Notes: a model not told the origin generated them from the sequence alone. DNA of 64,000 nt from Nitrosopumilus sp. (GCA_028377625.1 JAONKT010000001.1:16381-80380); one strand, 5' to 3'; positions 30,119 through 39,988 are shown, counted from the stretch's first letter. Numbers and translations: made by a program.

Positions 30119-30900
30119 ACAGTGTAATGTATGATACGTATACAATTTTTTGGCGTGAATTAAAGAGATACAAGAAATCCAGAAGTGGTGTTTTAATTAG
30201 ATTAATTCAACCTGCAATTTGGATAATCGTAGTTGGAAATATTTTTTCAGAGACTCAACCGTTAATTCAATCTGTGGGTTTTGAAGGTGAATATATTGAA
30301 TTTATGGCACCTGGTGTCATAATTTTAACTGCAATTTTTACAAGTATTTTTGGTGGAGTAAATACGCTTTGGGATAGGCGTTATGGTTTTATGAATAAGG
30401 CACTAACTTCTCCAATTTCTCGTTCTGCAATTGCTTTAGGAAAAATGTCTGCAATTTCTTTAATTGCAGCTTTACAAGCAAGTTTGATTATTGGCATAGC
30501 TTTGGCAATAGGTGTTACTTTTCCAAATCCTTTGATGATTATTCCTATTATGGGAATTGTAATATTATTTTCACTGGGTTTTTCAGGAATTTCTGTTACT
30601 CTTGCAGCAACAGCAAAATCTCAGGAAACCTTTTGGGGAATGATCAATTTACTTGGTATGCCATTATTCATGTTGAGCCCAGCATTATTCCCATTAGAAT
30701 TGTTGCCAGATTGGCTTGCAGTAGTTGCTAAATTAAATCCTGTTACCTATACTGTATTGTTAGTACGAGAACTAATGACTGGTGTTTCTGAAGGTGGTAT
30801 TCCTATATTGATTAGTGTTGGAATAATTTTTGCATTTGTAGTTGCAATGGTAGCTATTGCAAGTTATGTTTTCACCAGAGAAGTGAATAAACCATTTTAA
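30115..30900 (+). CDS. ABC-2 exporter permease (DrrB-like)
   Basis: Six TM; YIEFMAPG, FPLELLPDWL, NPVTY. Confidence 0.93.
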   Translation: MNSVMYDTYTIFWRELKRYKKSRSGVLIRLIQPAIWIIVVGNIFSETQPLIQSVGFEGEYIEFMAPGVIILTAIFTSIFGGVNTLWDRRYGFMNKALTSPISRSAIALGKMSAISLIAALQASLIIGIALAIGVTFPNPLMIIPIMGIVILFSLGFSGISVTLAATAKSQETFWGMINLLGMPLFMLSPALFPLELLPDWLAVVAKLNPVTYTVLLVRELMTGVSEGGIPILISVGIIFAFVVAMVAIASYVFTREVNKPF

Positions 30901-30966
30901 AATAATCACTCAAAATTTTTCAAGAATTTTATTGCGATCAATTAAAAATCACTTCGATCCTCTGTT

Positions 30967-30996
30967 ACTATATAGTCCAATATACTCTATGTTGTA
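30967..30996. promoter_or_regulatory. Palindrome/direct-repeat element upstream of DUF47-pit
   Basis: Perfect palindrome ACTATATAGT (30967-30976) followed by degenerate copies at ~10-bp spacing. Confidence 0.4.
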
Positions 30997-31029
30997 TTTC
31001 CTTAAGTCCATTTATTCAATGTAATTGGT

Positions 31030-31659
31030 ATGGGACAATGGTTATCTTGGGTAAAATCTAATGAAAAAGAACTTTTATCACTTTTAACTAATTTAGCAAA
31101 AAAATCTGTTGAAACCTCTGAAGCAGTTGTTGTTTTATTTGATGACCTTAATAATACTGAACAAGTTCAAAAAATTCATAGACTTGAAACAGAAGCCGAT
31201 GTTTTAACAAGAGATATTTTTTCTGAACTAAATAGAACTTTCATTACTCCATTAGATCGTGAAGACATGCAAAGAATTGCATCAAAAATTGATGATGTAA
31301 TTGACTTTATGGATGGTATTGCATCTAGAGTGTATAGTTACAAAATTACTTCACCTCCTCCGTATTCCGAACAAATTGCTGAGGAATTAGTCAAGGCAAC
31401 CAAAGAAGTTGAATATATGATTTCAAAATTACAACGAATTAAAGATCCTAAAGATATGATTCAACATTGCCGAAATACTAGTGATATTGAACACACTGTT
31501 GATGATTTGTATCGAGAATCAATTAAAGAATTATTCGAATCCAAAGATGCAATTCACATCATTAAACTAAAAGATATCTACGAAACAATGGAAACTGCCT
31601 CAGACAGATGTGTTGATGTTGCAGATGTCATTGAAGATATCGTACTGAAATATACTTGA
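31030..31659 (+). CDS. DUF47 phosphate transport regulator (PhoU-like)
   Basis: LETEAD, FITPLDREDM, EHTVDDLY, DRCVDVAD. Confidence 0.93.
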   Translation: MGQWLSWVKSNEKELLSLLTNLAKKSVETSEAVVVLFDDLNNTEQVQKIHRLETEADVLTRDIFSELNRTFITPLDREDMQRIASKIDDVIDFMDGIASRVYSYKITSPPPYSEQIAEELVKATKEVEYMISKLQRIKDPKDMIQHCRNTSDIEHTVDDLYRESIKELFESKDAIHIIKLKDIYETMETASDRCVDVADVIEDIVLKYT

Positions 31660-31668
31660 GATGATAAA

Positions 31669-32655
31669 ATGTTAGAGATAGCAATAGGCGCAATTATAGT
31701 AGCATTAATCTTTGATTTTGTAAATGGTTTTAACGATTCTGCAAATTCAGTAGCTACAGTAATTGGAACTCGTGTTCTAAAACCTCTACATGCTGTAGGC
31801 TTATCTGCTGCAATGAATTTCATTGGTCCATTTGTTTTTGGAGTGGCAGTTGCAGCAACTATTGCTAAAGGGATTGTGAGTCCTGATGACATTACCGTAT
31901 ACATGATTGTAGGTGGATTGGCAGGAGCTATTACATGGAGTACATTATGTACTTATTTTGGATTACCGATATCCAACAGCCATTCTTTAGTGGGAGGAAT
32001 AATGGGTGCTGGAATTGCAGGATTGGGATTTGAAAAATTAGTTTATGGTGGTTTAACAAAAGTATTTGCAGGAATTGTAATTGCTCCAATTGGTGGAATA
32101 ATTTTTGGTCTTTTGATTACTACTTTGATAATTACTATTTTTGCTACTAAAAGACCTGGGCCAGTAAACAAAACTTTTGGAAGATTACAAATAATTTCTT
32201 CAGCATGGTTTGCTTTAACTCATGGTGCAAACGATGGTCAAAAAACAATGGGTATTATTGTTTTAATTTTATTTTCTGCTGGACTGGTTCCTGACCTTGA
32301 AATGCCATTATGGGTAATTTTTGCTGCAGCAACTGCAATGGGTCTTGGTACTTTCTTTGGCGGATACAAAGTAATCAAAACTCTTGGTGTAAAAATTACT
32401 AAACTTAAGCCCTATCAGGGATTTGCTGCAGAAACTAGTGGTGGATTGATGCTTGCAGTTTTTGCTGTATTTGGAATTCCTGCAAGTACAACACATGCTA
32501 TTACAGGCACTATAATGGGCTCAGGTGCTGCTAGAAGAAAGCGTGCGGTAAGATGGAAAGTAAGCAGACAAATTGTTTTCTCATGGATAATTACAATTCC
32601 TGGTGCAGCAGGACTGGGTATTGGATTTACATTTTTGATCAATCTCTTTGTATAG
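31669..32655 (+). CDS. pit: Inorganic phosphate transporter (PiT family)
   Basis: NGFNDSANS and HGANDGQK signature motifs. Confidence 0.95.
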   Translation: MLEIAIGAIIVALIFDFVNGFNDSANSVATVIGTRVLKPLHAVGLSAAMNFIGPFVFGVAVAATIAKGIVSPDDITVYMIVGGLAGAITWSTLCTYFGLPISNSHSLVGGIMGAGIAGLGFEKLVYGGLTKVFAGIVIAPIGGIIFGLLITTLIITIFATKRPGPVNKTFGRLQIISSAWFALTHGANDGQKTMGIIVLILFSAGLVPDLEMPLWVIFAAATAMGLGTFFGGYKVIKTLGVKITKLKPYQGFAAETSGGLMLAVFAVFGIPASTTHAITGTIMGSGAARRKRAVRWKVSRQIVFSWIITIPGAAGLGIGFTFLINLFV

Positions 32656-32702
32656 TTTTACATTGATTTTTATTTCCACAATTTTGCCCACAAGCATTAC
32701 TA

Positions 32703-33785
32703 ATGGATATTTTACAATTAATACAAGCTAATCTTCTTACTCCAATTATCTTATTTTTCTTGTTTGGAATTATTGCAGCTAGAATAAAATCTGACTTAAA
32801 AATCCCTGATGCAATATCTGAATTCTTACCTATCTATCTTTTAGCTGCAATTGGACTTCATGGTGGTATTGAGATGCGCAATACTGGATTTGAAAATATG
32901 CTTGTGCCAATGTTTGTTGCAATTGGACTTTCATTGTTGTTCACTTTAAACCATTATCAAATTTTACGAAGATTAGGAAAATTCAATCTCTTTGATTCAT
33001 ATGCACTAGCATCAACTTATGGTGCAGTTGGTGCAGTACATTTCTCTGTAGGTTTATCGTTTTTGAAAAATCAAGGCGTAACTTCTGAAGGATATATTGC
33101 CGCAATTCTTGCAGTTCTTGAACCTCTTGCTTTCATATTGGCAATATTCATGACAAATATGGCAGTATCAAAACAGATCAGAGCAAAAAGAAAATCAGTT
33201 GGAGATGATACTTCAACTGACATTGATGTTGGGTTAAATGAAACAAAAACAAAACTTTCTAAAGTATTACATGAGTCCATTACTGGAAAAGCAATAGTTA
33301 TTCTTCTCGGCAGTATTGTAATAGGTTACATCATTGGCGAAGAAGGTTTTGAACCAATCAAAATCGTATTTGATGAAATGTTTACTGGAGCAATAGTAAT
33401 TTTTATGATTGAAATGGGTATTATTGCTGGTCAGAGATTGGGCGATATCAAAAAAGTGGGTATTTTCCTTACTGCATTTGCCATACTCATACCCACCTTT
33501 AATGGAGTAATCGGAGTTCTAGTTTCTACTGCAATAGGATTGAGCCTAGGGGGTTCAGTTATGTTTGGTTTACTTCTTGCTAGTGCATCATTTATTGCGG
33601 CTCCCGCGGTTCTACGACAGGCGATTCCTCAAGCAAAACCCAGTTTGTACATTACATCTGCATTGGGAATCACATTCCCCTATAACATCATCGTTACATT
33701 GCCTTTGTTATTTGCATTATCTTCATTTCTTCATTCAGGCGAAACGATAGACTTATTCAATTTCATTACTGGAGGATTAATATGA
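32703..33785 (+). CDS. sbtA: Sodium-dependent bicarbonate transporter SbtA family
   Basis: KSDLKIP, YLLAAIGLHGG, ASASFIAAPA, LGITFPYNI; followed by PII-like gene. Confidence 0.9.
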   Translation: MDILQLIQANLLTPIILFFLFGIIAARIKSDLKIPDAISEFLPIYLLAAIGLHGGIEMRNTGFENMLVPMFVAIGLSLLFTLNHYQILRRLGKFNLFDSYALASTYGAVGAVHFSVGLSFLKNQGVTSEGYIAAILAVLEPLAFILAIFMTNMAVSKQIRAKRKSVGDDTSTDIDVGLNETKTKLSKVLHESITGKAIVILLGSIVIGYIIGEEGFEPIKIVFDEMFTGAIVIFMIEMGIIAGQRLGDIKKVGIFLTAFAILIPTFNGVIGVLVSTAIGLSLGGSVMFGLLLASASFIAAPAVLRQAIPQAKPSLYITSALGITFPYNIIVTLPLLFALSSFLHSGETIDLFNFITGGLI

Positions 33786-34084
33786 AATTATATGATGTTA
33801 AATTATTAACTATCACTTGTGAAATATTAGCACAAGATAATATTCTTGAAATTTTAAAGAAACATGGAATTACTGGTTATACAAAATATGAAGTTGATGG
33901 AAATGGTGCACGTGGTTTACGTGGACAAGGATTCAAAAATGAAAAAAATATTAAAATTGAAATTATTATGAAAGAAGAGAAATTACAAGATGTATCTGAA
34001 GAAATATCTCGAACACTATTTGCAAATTTTGCAATAGTTTTGTATGTTAGTGATATTGGTGTTTTACGTCCTGAAAAATTTTAG
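33782..34084 (+). CDS. sbtB: PII-like regulator SbtB
   Basis: KLLTITCE, GITGYT..V.G.G.RG, VLRPEKF; overlaps sbtA stop. Confidence 0.88.
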   Translation: MKLYDVKLLTITCEILAQDNILEILKKHGITGYTKYEVDGNGARGLRGQGFKNEKNIKIEIIMKEEKLQDVSEEISRTLFANFAIVLYVSDIGVLRPEKF

Positions 34085-34380
34085 CAACAACTTTCATCTA
34101 AACATAAATTTGGAATTTCTTTTGATGTTTTTGTAACATTTGTGATTAATTGAGATAATTGCTCATTGGATATTGTATACATTGCTTTTTTTCCTTCATC
34201 TCTAGATTTTACAATTCCACATTTTTTTAATATTTTAAGGTGATGCGATACTAGTGGCTGATCTTTTTTTAATTCATTAACAAAATCATTTACACATAGT
34301 TCATGATTTTTTTGTAATAATCCTAAAATTTCAAATCTTGTTTCATCACATATGCATTTTAGAAGACTGATTCCATTCAT
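34081..34380 (-). CDS. arsR: ArsR/SmtB transcriptional repressor
   Basis: DETRFEIL, LCVND, QPLVSHHLKIL...G.V; C-terminal CLDESCC; divergent from arsC. Confidence 0.9.
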   Translation of the reverse strand: MNGISLLKCICDETRFEILGLLQKNHELCVNDFVNELKKDQPLVSHHLKILKKCGIVKSRDEGKKAMYTISNEQLSQLITNVTKTSKEIPNLCLDESCC

Positions 34381-34408
34381 ATCAATTTAAATTTATATAA
34401 ACTGATAT
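34379..34408. promoter_or_regulatory. Putative ArsR operator (11-8-11 inverted repeat) over divergent promoters
   Basis: ATATCAATTTA-N8-TAAACTGATAT, 10/11 match, in the 40-bp arsR/arsC spacer. Confidence 0.65.
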
Positions 34409-34420
34409 TTATGTTATTTT

Positions 34421-34834
34421 ATGGATATTCCTAAAAATATTCTATTTGTGTGCGTAGAAAATGCTGGGAGAAGTCAAATGGCTGAGGCGTTTTTTAAAAA
34501 ATTTGCTAAAAATCGATTTAATGTAATTAGTGCTGGAACCTCGCCATCATCTACTCTTAATCCAGTGGTTGTTTCAGTAATGGCTGAAATTGGAATTGAT
34601 TTGAAAAATCAACAACCTCAATTATTATCCTCATCAATGATTAAAAATTCCAATAAAACTATCAACATGGGATGTATGGATAAAGAATCATGTCCATCAT
34701 TGTTTGTCAAAGATGTTGATGATTGGACTGTTGAGGATCCTAAAGGAAAATCAATTGATGATGTAAGAAAAATTCGAGATCAAATTAAAAATGATGTTTT
34801 GAATTTATTGAATTCACTTGAAAATGATGTTTGA
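34421..34834 (+). CDS. arsC: LMW-PTP-type arsenate reductase
   Basis: CVENAGRSQMAE P-loop, GC.....CP, W...DP. Confidence 0.9.
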   Translation: MDIPKNILFVCVENAGRSQMAEAFFKKFAKNRFNVISAGTSPSSTLNPVVVSVMAEIGIDLKNQQPQLLSSSMIKNSNKTINMGCMDKESCPSLFVKDVDDWTVEDPKGKSIDDVRKIRDQIKNDVLNLLNSLENDV

Positions 34835-35538
34835 TGACTTATTCTAATTTACAAATTTTTACTGTGGAATTAATTGGAACTTTTATTCTTGTAGTTTTTG
34901 CTACTGGTTCAATTGTATATGATGTTGAATTTTTTGACGGAAGTCTGGGAATCCCTTTTGCAGCTGTTGCACCATTTATTGCATTATTAATTGGAGTTTA
35001 TTCATTTGGAAAAATTTCTTTGGCGCATTTTAATCCTGCCGTAACTATTGGATACTATATTACAGGACACATAACAAAGATTCAAGTTTTGTATTATTTA
35101 ATTGCAGAAATTATCGGCGCCTTGTTGGGTTCCCTTTTTGTACTAACCTTCATTGGAGAAAAACCAAACCTTGGTGCTAATGCTCCTAATTATGATTTTT
35201 CAATCTTTTTGATATTTTCTGTAGAAGTTTTAGCTTCTTTGATGCTAATGGCTGTAATTTTCTATGTTGTATACACTAAAGGTTTGAGAGGATTTAGTGG
35301 AGTTGCAATTGGTGGGATTGTTGCATTGGATATTTTGTTTTTGGCTTTTATTTCTGGAGCATCCATGAATCCTGCTAGAGCCCTTGCCCCTGCATTGCTA
35401 TCTGGAACATTTGATAATTTGTGGCTATACTGGACTGCTCCTTTTATTGGAACTATAATTGCAGCATTTGTGTTTCGAGGTAAATTCCAAGCCCAAAGAG
35501 GACAAATTAGGAATAATAATGACCGTATTGTAGACTGA
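34831..35538 (+). CDS. MIP/aquaporin (probable arsenite channel)
   Basis: HFNPA and MNPAR motifs; overlaps arsC. Confidence 0.9.
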   Translation: MMTYSNLQIFTVELIGTFILVVFATGSIVYDVEFFDGSLGIPFAAVAPFIALLIGVYSFGKISLAHFNPAVTIGYYITGHITKIQVLYYLIAEIIGALLGSLFVLTFIGEKPNLGANAPNYDFSIFLIFSVEVLASLMLMAVIFYVVYTKGLRGFSGVAIGGIVALDILFLAFISGASMNPARALAPALLSGTFDNLWLYWTAPFIGTIIAAFVFRGKFQAQRGQIRNNNDRIVD

Positions 35539-35540
35539 AT

Positions 35541-38039
35541 ATGACTGTTCCAAGAGTAAGCTCTGCATTGAAAGCTGTTGATTTGAAACAAATTCCTGCC
35601 CCCCTCATTATTGGGGAGAGAATAAACACTCAAGGTTCTCGAAAAGCCAAAAAAATGGTTCTTGCTGATGATTTTGATGGCTTAGTTGATTTGGCAAGAA
35701 TTCAAGCTGAAGATGGTGCACACTGTTTGGATGTCTGTGTTGCTACTACTGAACGTTCTGATGAACGTGAATTCATGTTAACTTTAGTAAAAAAATTAAG
35801 TCTAGAAATTGATGCTCCTTTGGTAATTGATTCTACTGATCCTGATGTAATTGAATCGTCTGTCAAACAAATTCCTGGCAGACCTATAATCAATTCTATT
35901 AATCTGGAGGGCGATGGAAGTAGATTTGAAAAACTAGCTCCTATCATGGCAAAATATGGTTTACCTGCAATAGCTTTGTGTATCGGTCCTAATGGAATGG
36001 CAAAAACATCTCGACAGAAAGTTGATACTGCTGAATTACTTTATAAAACTGGTAAAAATTATGGATTAAAAATTGAACAATTTATTTTTGATGTACTTAC
36101 TTTTACTCTAGCAACTGGGGAAGATGAATTTCTTGATGCTGGTAAAAATACTTTAGATGGAATTCGTCTTGTTAAAGAAAAATTTCCTAATTGCTTTACT
36201 ACTTTGGGTTTGAGTAACATTAGTTTTGGTTTAATGCCTTATGCTAGAAAAATTCTTAATTCTATATTTTTACATCATGCTGTAAAAGTTGGGCTAGATT
36301 CAGCAATTGTAAATGCAAAAGAAATCGTTCCTTATGGTGAAATTGATCCTAAAGAAAAGAAACTTGCTGAAGATTTAATTTTTAATGTCCATCCTGATGC
36401 ATTAGCAGATTTAATTTCCTATTTTGAAAAAGCAGGGCCTCAAAGTACTGATAAGGCAAAAAAAGTTGATGTTGATCCTAGTTGGCCTCCTGGTAAACGT
36501 GCTAATTTTAGAATTGTAAATAGACTCAAAGATGGAATTCAAAATGATGTTGTTTCAGCAATTGCTGACAAACTGGATAAAACTGATTTAATTCAAAATA
36601 ATGATGGACTTTTGAGCCTAGATCTGCCTAAAGATGTAACACATCCTGGTGCAATTAAGACACTCAATGAGGATTTACTTCCAGCGATGAAGGAAGTGGG
36701 TGATAAATTTGGATCTGGAGAATTAATTTTACCTTTTGTTTTAAAATCTGCTGAATGTATGAAGGCCTCTGTTGGTGAACTTGAAAAATATTTAGTTAAA
36801 GAAGAAGGAACTAGTAAAGGAAAACTTGTTTTAGGAACCGTTTATGGTGACGTTCATGATATTGGTAAAAATTTAGTCAAAACTATTTTCCAAAATAATG
36901 GTTACTCTGTATATGATTTAGGAAAACAAGTCCCACTTCAGAAATTTTTGGAAAAAATTGATGAAGTAAAACCTGACGCTATAGGCTTATCTGCATTACT
37001 AGTTTCAACTTCTAAACAGATGAAATTTTTTGTTGAACATGCCCGAAAAAATAACATGACTGTTCCTATTCTTTGTGGTGGAGCTGCAATTAACAGTAAT
37101 TACATTAATCGAATTGCAAAGGAGGGTGGAATTTATGATCCTGGTGTGTTTTATTGCAATACTATGTTTGAAGGTTTGAAAACAATGGATGTTTTGATCT
37201 CTGATGATAAACCAAAACTTCTGGAAGAATGGAAAACAAAATTAGAAAACTGGAAAGAGAAATCCAACACTAGTGTTGATCCTGCCACTCTTCCTAGAAG
37301 TAATGTTCAACCTGTTAATCCTCCTAATCCTAAAATTATTGGTGAACCAATTCGTTTAAAATTAGATCAAATCAATATGGATGAAGTTTGGACAATGATT
37401 GACAAAAAATCTTTATTCAAATTATCTTGGGGATTGAGAGGAAAAGCTGGTGCAGAATCTGAAGAAGCACATGAACAATTACTAACAGAATGGAAAATTA
37501 GATTAATTCGTGACAACCTAATTGAGCCTGAAATTGTATATGGGTATTTCAAATGTCATAATAACGGCCAAAAATTATTAGTTGAAAATCCGTTTGGTGA
37601 TGATGTAGAATTTGATTTTCCACGTTCTACTCGTCCTGAACATCTGTGTTTAACTGATTATTTTGGTGATGATGATATCGTTGCATTCCAATCTGTAACT
37701 GTAGGTACAAAGGTTGCTGATATTTTAGAACAATGGAATGAAGAGGACAAATATTCTGATGCATATTATCTTCATGGATTAGCTGTTGAACTTGCAGAAG
37801 CTTTGGCACAATGGGTTAATGAAAAAATTAAATCTGAATTGAAATTGAATAAAGGTGGTCTTCGATATAGCTGGGGATTTCCAAGTTGTCCTGATGTTTC
37901 TCAACATCATTTGGTCTGGAAATTATTACAACCTGAAAAGTCTGGAATGACTATTACTGAATCTGGTCAAATAATTCCTGAACAATCTACTGCTGCAATA
38001 GTACTTCATCATCCAAATGCACAATACTTTGTAATTTAA
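35541..38039 (+). CDS. metH: Cobalamin-dependent methionine synthase (pterin-binding, cap, B12-binding and short activation domains)
   Basis: IIGERIN, GLSNISFG, LPFVLKSAECMK, GDVHDIGKNLV, RYSWGFPSCPD, PEQST; lacks Hcy-binding domain. Confidence 0.93.
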   Translation: MTVPRVSSALKAVDLKQIPAPLIIGERINTQGSRKAKKMVLADDFDGLVDLARIQAEDGAHCLDVCVATTERSDEREFMLTLVKKLSLEIDAPLVIDSTDPDVIESSVKQIPGRPIINSINLEGDGSRFEKLAPIMAKYGLPAIALCIGPNGMAKTSRQKVDTAELLYKTGKNYGLKIEQFIFDVLTFTLATGEDEFLDAGKNTLDGIRLVKEKFPNCFTTLGLSNISFGLMPYARKILNSIFLHHAVKVGLDSAIVNAKEIVPYGEIDPKEKKLAEDLIFNVHPDALADLISYFEKAGPQSTDKAKKVDVDPSWPPGKRANFRIVNRLKDGIQNDVVSAIADKLDKTDLIQNNDGLLSLDLPKDVTHPGAIKTLNEDLLPAMKEVGDKFGSGELILPFVLKSAECMKASVGELEKYLVKEEGTSKGKLVLGTVYGDVHDIGKNLVKTIFQNNGYSVYDLGKQVPLQKFLEKIDEVKPDAIGLSALLVSTSKQMKFFVEHARKNNMTVPILCGGAAINSNYINRIAKEGGIYDPGVFYCNTMFEGLKTMDVLISDDKPKLLEEWKTKLENWKEKSNTSVDPATLPRSNVQPVNPPNPKIIGEPIRLKLDQINMDEVWTMIDKKSLFKLSWGLRGKAGAESEEAHEQLLTEWKIRLIRDNLIEPEIVYGYFKCHNNGQKLLVENPFGDDVEFDFPRSTRPEHLCLTDYFGDDDIVAFQSVTVGTKVADILEQWNEEDKYSDAYYLHGLAVELAEALAQWVNEKIKSELKLNKGGLRYSWGFPSCPDVSQHHLVWKLLQPEKSGMTITESGQIIPEQSTAAIVLHHPNAQYFVI

Positions 38040-38774
38040 TTACCAGTGATTTTCTAAATAATCTTTTAATCCATTAAAATCATTGGGTGATGTGATTAGT
38101 ATGTCTCCTGTTATTTCATGTGTTTTCTTTACTAATTCATCAAATTCTTTATTGTATTCTTCTAACTTCAATCCCAAGAAATCTGCTGATTTTTGATTTT
38201 TATCTGATGGAAATAAAATGATTGGAATTATTGAAAATTGTTTTAGATTTTCTGAAAGATTTTGAACTTGTTGAATATTTTGAACGACTTGAGTCATGAA
38301 TCCTTTGGGTCTTGCTTTGATTTTTTTCTCAATTTTTGCAAAGTTTGGTTTATTTGATATTGAAAGATACAAATCAATTTTTGAATCATATTTTTTCTTT
38401 TTTAGATTAGAAACTACTGTGCTTGGAATCATGCCTGAATTTGGAGCTTTTGATTGTGACGGGTCACCCATGAGAATTAAAATTCCTGCAATCCCGATAG
38501 ATATACAATTATCTACAAATTTTTCAATTTCATCCTCATTTTTATCTCTGACTCTTAGACTTACTGTGATTGGAATATTTGGAATTTCTTCTTTTATAAT
38601 TTTACCAACTTTTATTGGAGAAACTCTTTCCTGTCCCAATACATTTTCTGTTAAATGAATTGAATCACATTTTTTTGATATGGTTTTAATTTTATCTACA
38701 AATTTTTCAATTGATTCCTCTGTATTGATACCTGGTAATATTTTGGGTGGATTGGCTTCATACCGAATTGTCAT
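38040..38774 (-). CDS. Methylenetetrahydrofolate reductase-like protein
   Basis: YEANPPK, RVRDKN, LILMGD, GFMTQ; convergent with metH. Confidence 0.75.
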   Translation of the reverse strand: MTIRYEANPPKILPGINTEESIEKFVDKIKTISKKCDSIHLTENVLGQERVSPIKVGKIIKEEIPNIPITVSLRVRDKNEDEIEKFVDNCISIGIAGILILMGDPSQSKAPNSGMIPSTVVSNLKKKKYDSKIDLYLSISNKPNFAKIEKKIKARPKGFMTQVVQNIQQVQNLSENLKQFSIIPIILFPSDKNQKSADFLGLKLEEYNKEFDELVKKTHEITGDILITSPNDFNGLKDYLENHW

Positions 38775-38846
38775 ATTTTCATTTTTTTTAACTTGGTTAA
38801 AACCTTTGAATACTAAAACTTCTGTATAGTTGTAGGAAAAAATACA

Positions 38847-39398
38847 ATGCTTTTAGATGATTTAAAATCCATTCTTTCTACTTCTCTTGATCCTGAAATT
38901 AAATCTGGTTCCCCTTATAGATTGGCATCCGTACTTGTTGTAATTTATGGTCAATCTCCAACTATCATAATGACTGAAAAACCAAAAAGTATGAAATATC
39001 ATGCTGGTGAAATTTCTTTTCCTGGTGGCAAACTTGATGCTACTGATTCTGATCTTTTACAAACTGCTTTACGTGAAACTAGTGAGGAACTGGGATTGGA
39101 TGTCTCAAAGGATAATGTTGTTGGCCAATTAACTCCAGTAATGACTTTGAATTCTGGATTTCTAATCTACCCATTTGTTTCCATATTAAATGAAATTCCT
39201 ACTCTTACTGCAAATTCTGAAGTTGAAAAAATACTTCATATCCCTTTGAATCCTTTACTTCAAACTATCTCTAAAGATGTGGATCCTAGTCACAATTTGA
39301 AGGATGAAATGTACACTTTTGAGTATCAAAATCAAATTGTATGGGGTGCTTCTGCTAGAATATTAAAACAAATTAGAAATACCCTGAGATTCATTTAA
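38847..39398 (+). CDS. Nudix hydrolase (CoA pyrophosphatase type)
   Basis: HAGEISFPGG...TALRETSEELG, VWGASA. Confidence 0.92.
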   Translation: MLLDDLKSILSTSLDPEIKSGSPYRLASVLVVIYGQSPTIIMTEKPKSMKYHAGEISFPGGKLDATDSDLLQTALRETSEELGLDVSKDNVVGQLTPVMTLNSGFLIYPFVSILNEIPTLTANSEVEKILHIPLNPLLQTISKDVDPSHNLKDEMYTFEYQNQIVWGASARILKQIRNTLRFI

Positions 39399-39424
39399 AA
39401 AGAGCTCATCGTGCCTGAGTAACT

Positions 39425-39583
39425 ATGGCTGCACGCAAGTCCTCTCCAAGAAAAATTCGTCTGCTAAAAAAAACAAAGCAGGCTTCAGCAGTACCAGCTT
39501 GGATTATTCTAAAAACCAATCGAACTGTTAGAACTAATCCAAAACGTAGAGCTTGGAGATCAACTGATGTGGAGGTAGGATAG
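39425..39583 (+). CDS. rpl39e: 50S ribosomal protein L39e
   Basis: MAARKSSPRKIRLLKKTKQASAVPAWIILKTNRTVRTNPKRRAWRSTDVEVG; directly upstream of rpl31e; not in ORF track. Confidence 0.93.
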   Translation: MAARKSSPRKIRLLKKTKQASAVPAWIILKTNRTVRTNPKRRAWRSTDVEVG

Positions 39584-39988
39584 TTGTCTCAAGAATTAGA
39601 ACGAGTATATACAATTCCTTTGGGCAAAGTGTTGATTTCCCAATCACAACATAGAGCTGTACGTGCTATAAACATGATTAAAGAATTTGCTCAACATCAC
39701 ATGAAAGTTGAAACTATTAAAATTGACGAAGAATTATCACATCAAATTTGGTCTAGAGGCGTTAGAAGTCCTCCAAGAAAAATTAAAGTTAGAATGAGTA
39801 AAACTGATGAAGGATATGTTCTTGTTTCTCCATTTACTGATGATGTAGAATCTGTGGCAACTCCTACAAAAGAAACCAAAAAAGTTGAAGACAAAGTAGA
39901 ACCTGCTAAAGAAGAAGCACCTGCTAAAGAAGAAGCACCTGCTAAAGAAGAAGCACCTGCTAAAGAAGAAGCACCTGCTAAAGATTAA
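39584..39988 (+). CDS. rpl31e: 50S ribosomal protein L31e with repetitive C-terminal tail
   Basis: ERVYTIPL, RAVRAI, IWSRG..SPPRKIKV. Confidence 0.93.
   Translation: MSQELERVYTIPLGKVLISQSQHRAVRAINMIKEFAQHHMKVETIKIDEELSHQIWSRGVRSPPRKIKVRMSKTDEGYVLVSPFTDDVESVATPTKETKKVEDKVEPAKEEAPAKEEAPAKEEAPAKEEAPAKD
39901..39984 (+). repeat. Perfect 18-bp tandem repeat (ACCTGCTAAAGAAGAAGC x4.7) encoding PAKEEA
   Basis: Four identical units plus a 12-bp partial copy. Confidence 0.95.

Noticed and set aside
39901-39984. Tandem repeats (also 47478-47542) as CRISPR arrays
   Set aside because: No spacers; units are in-frame multiples of 3 inside CDSs; no cas genes.
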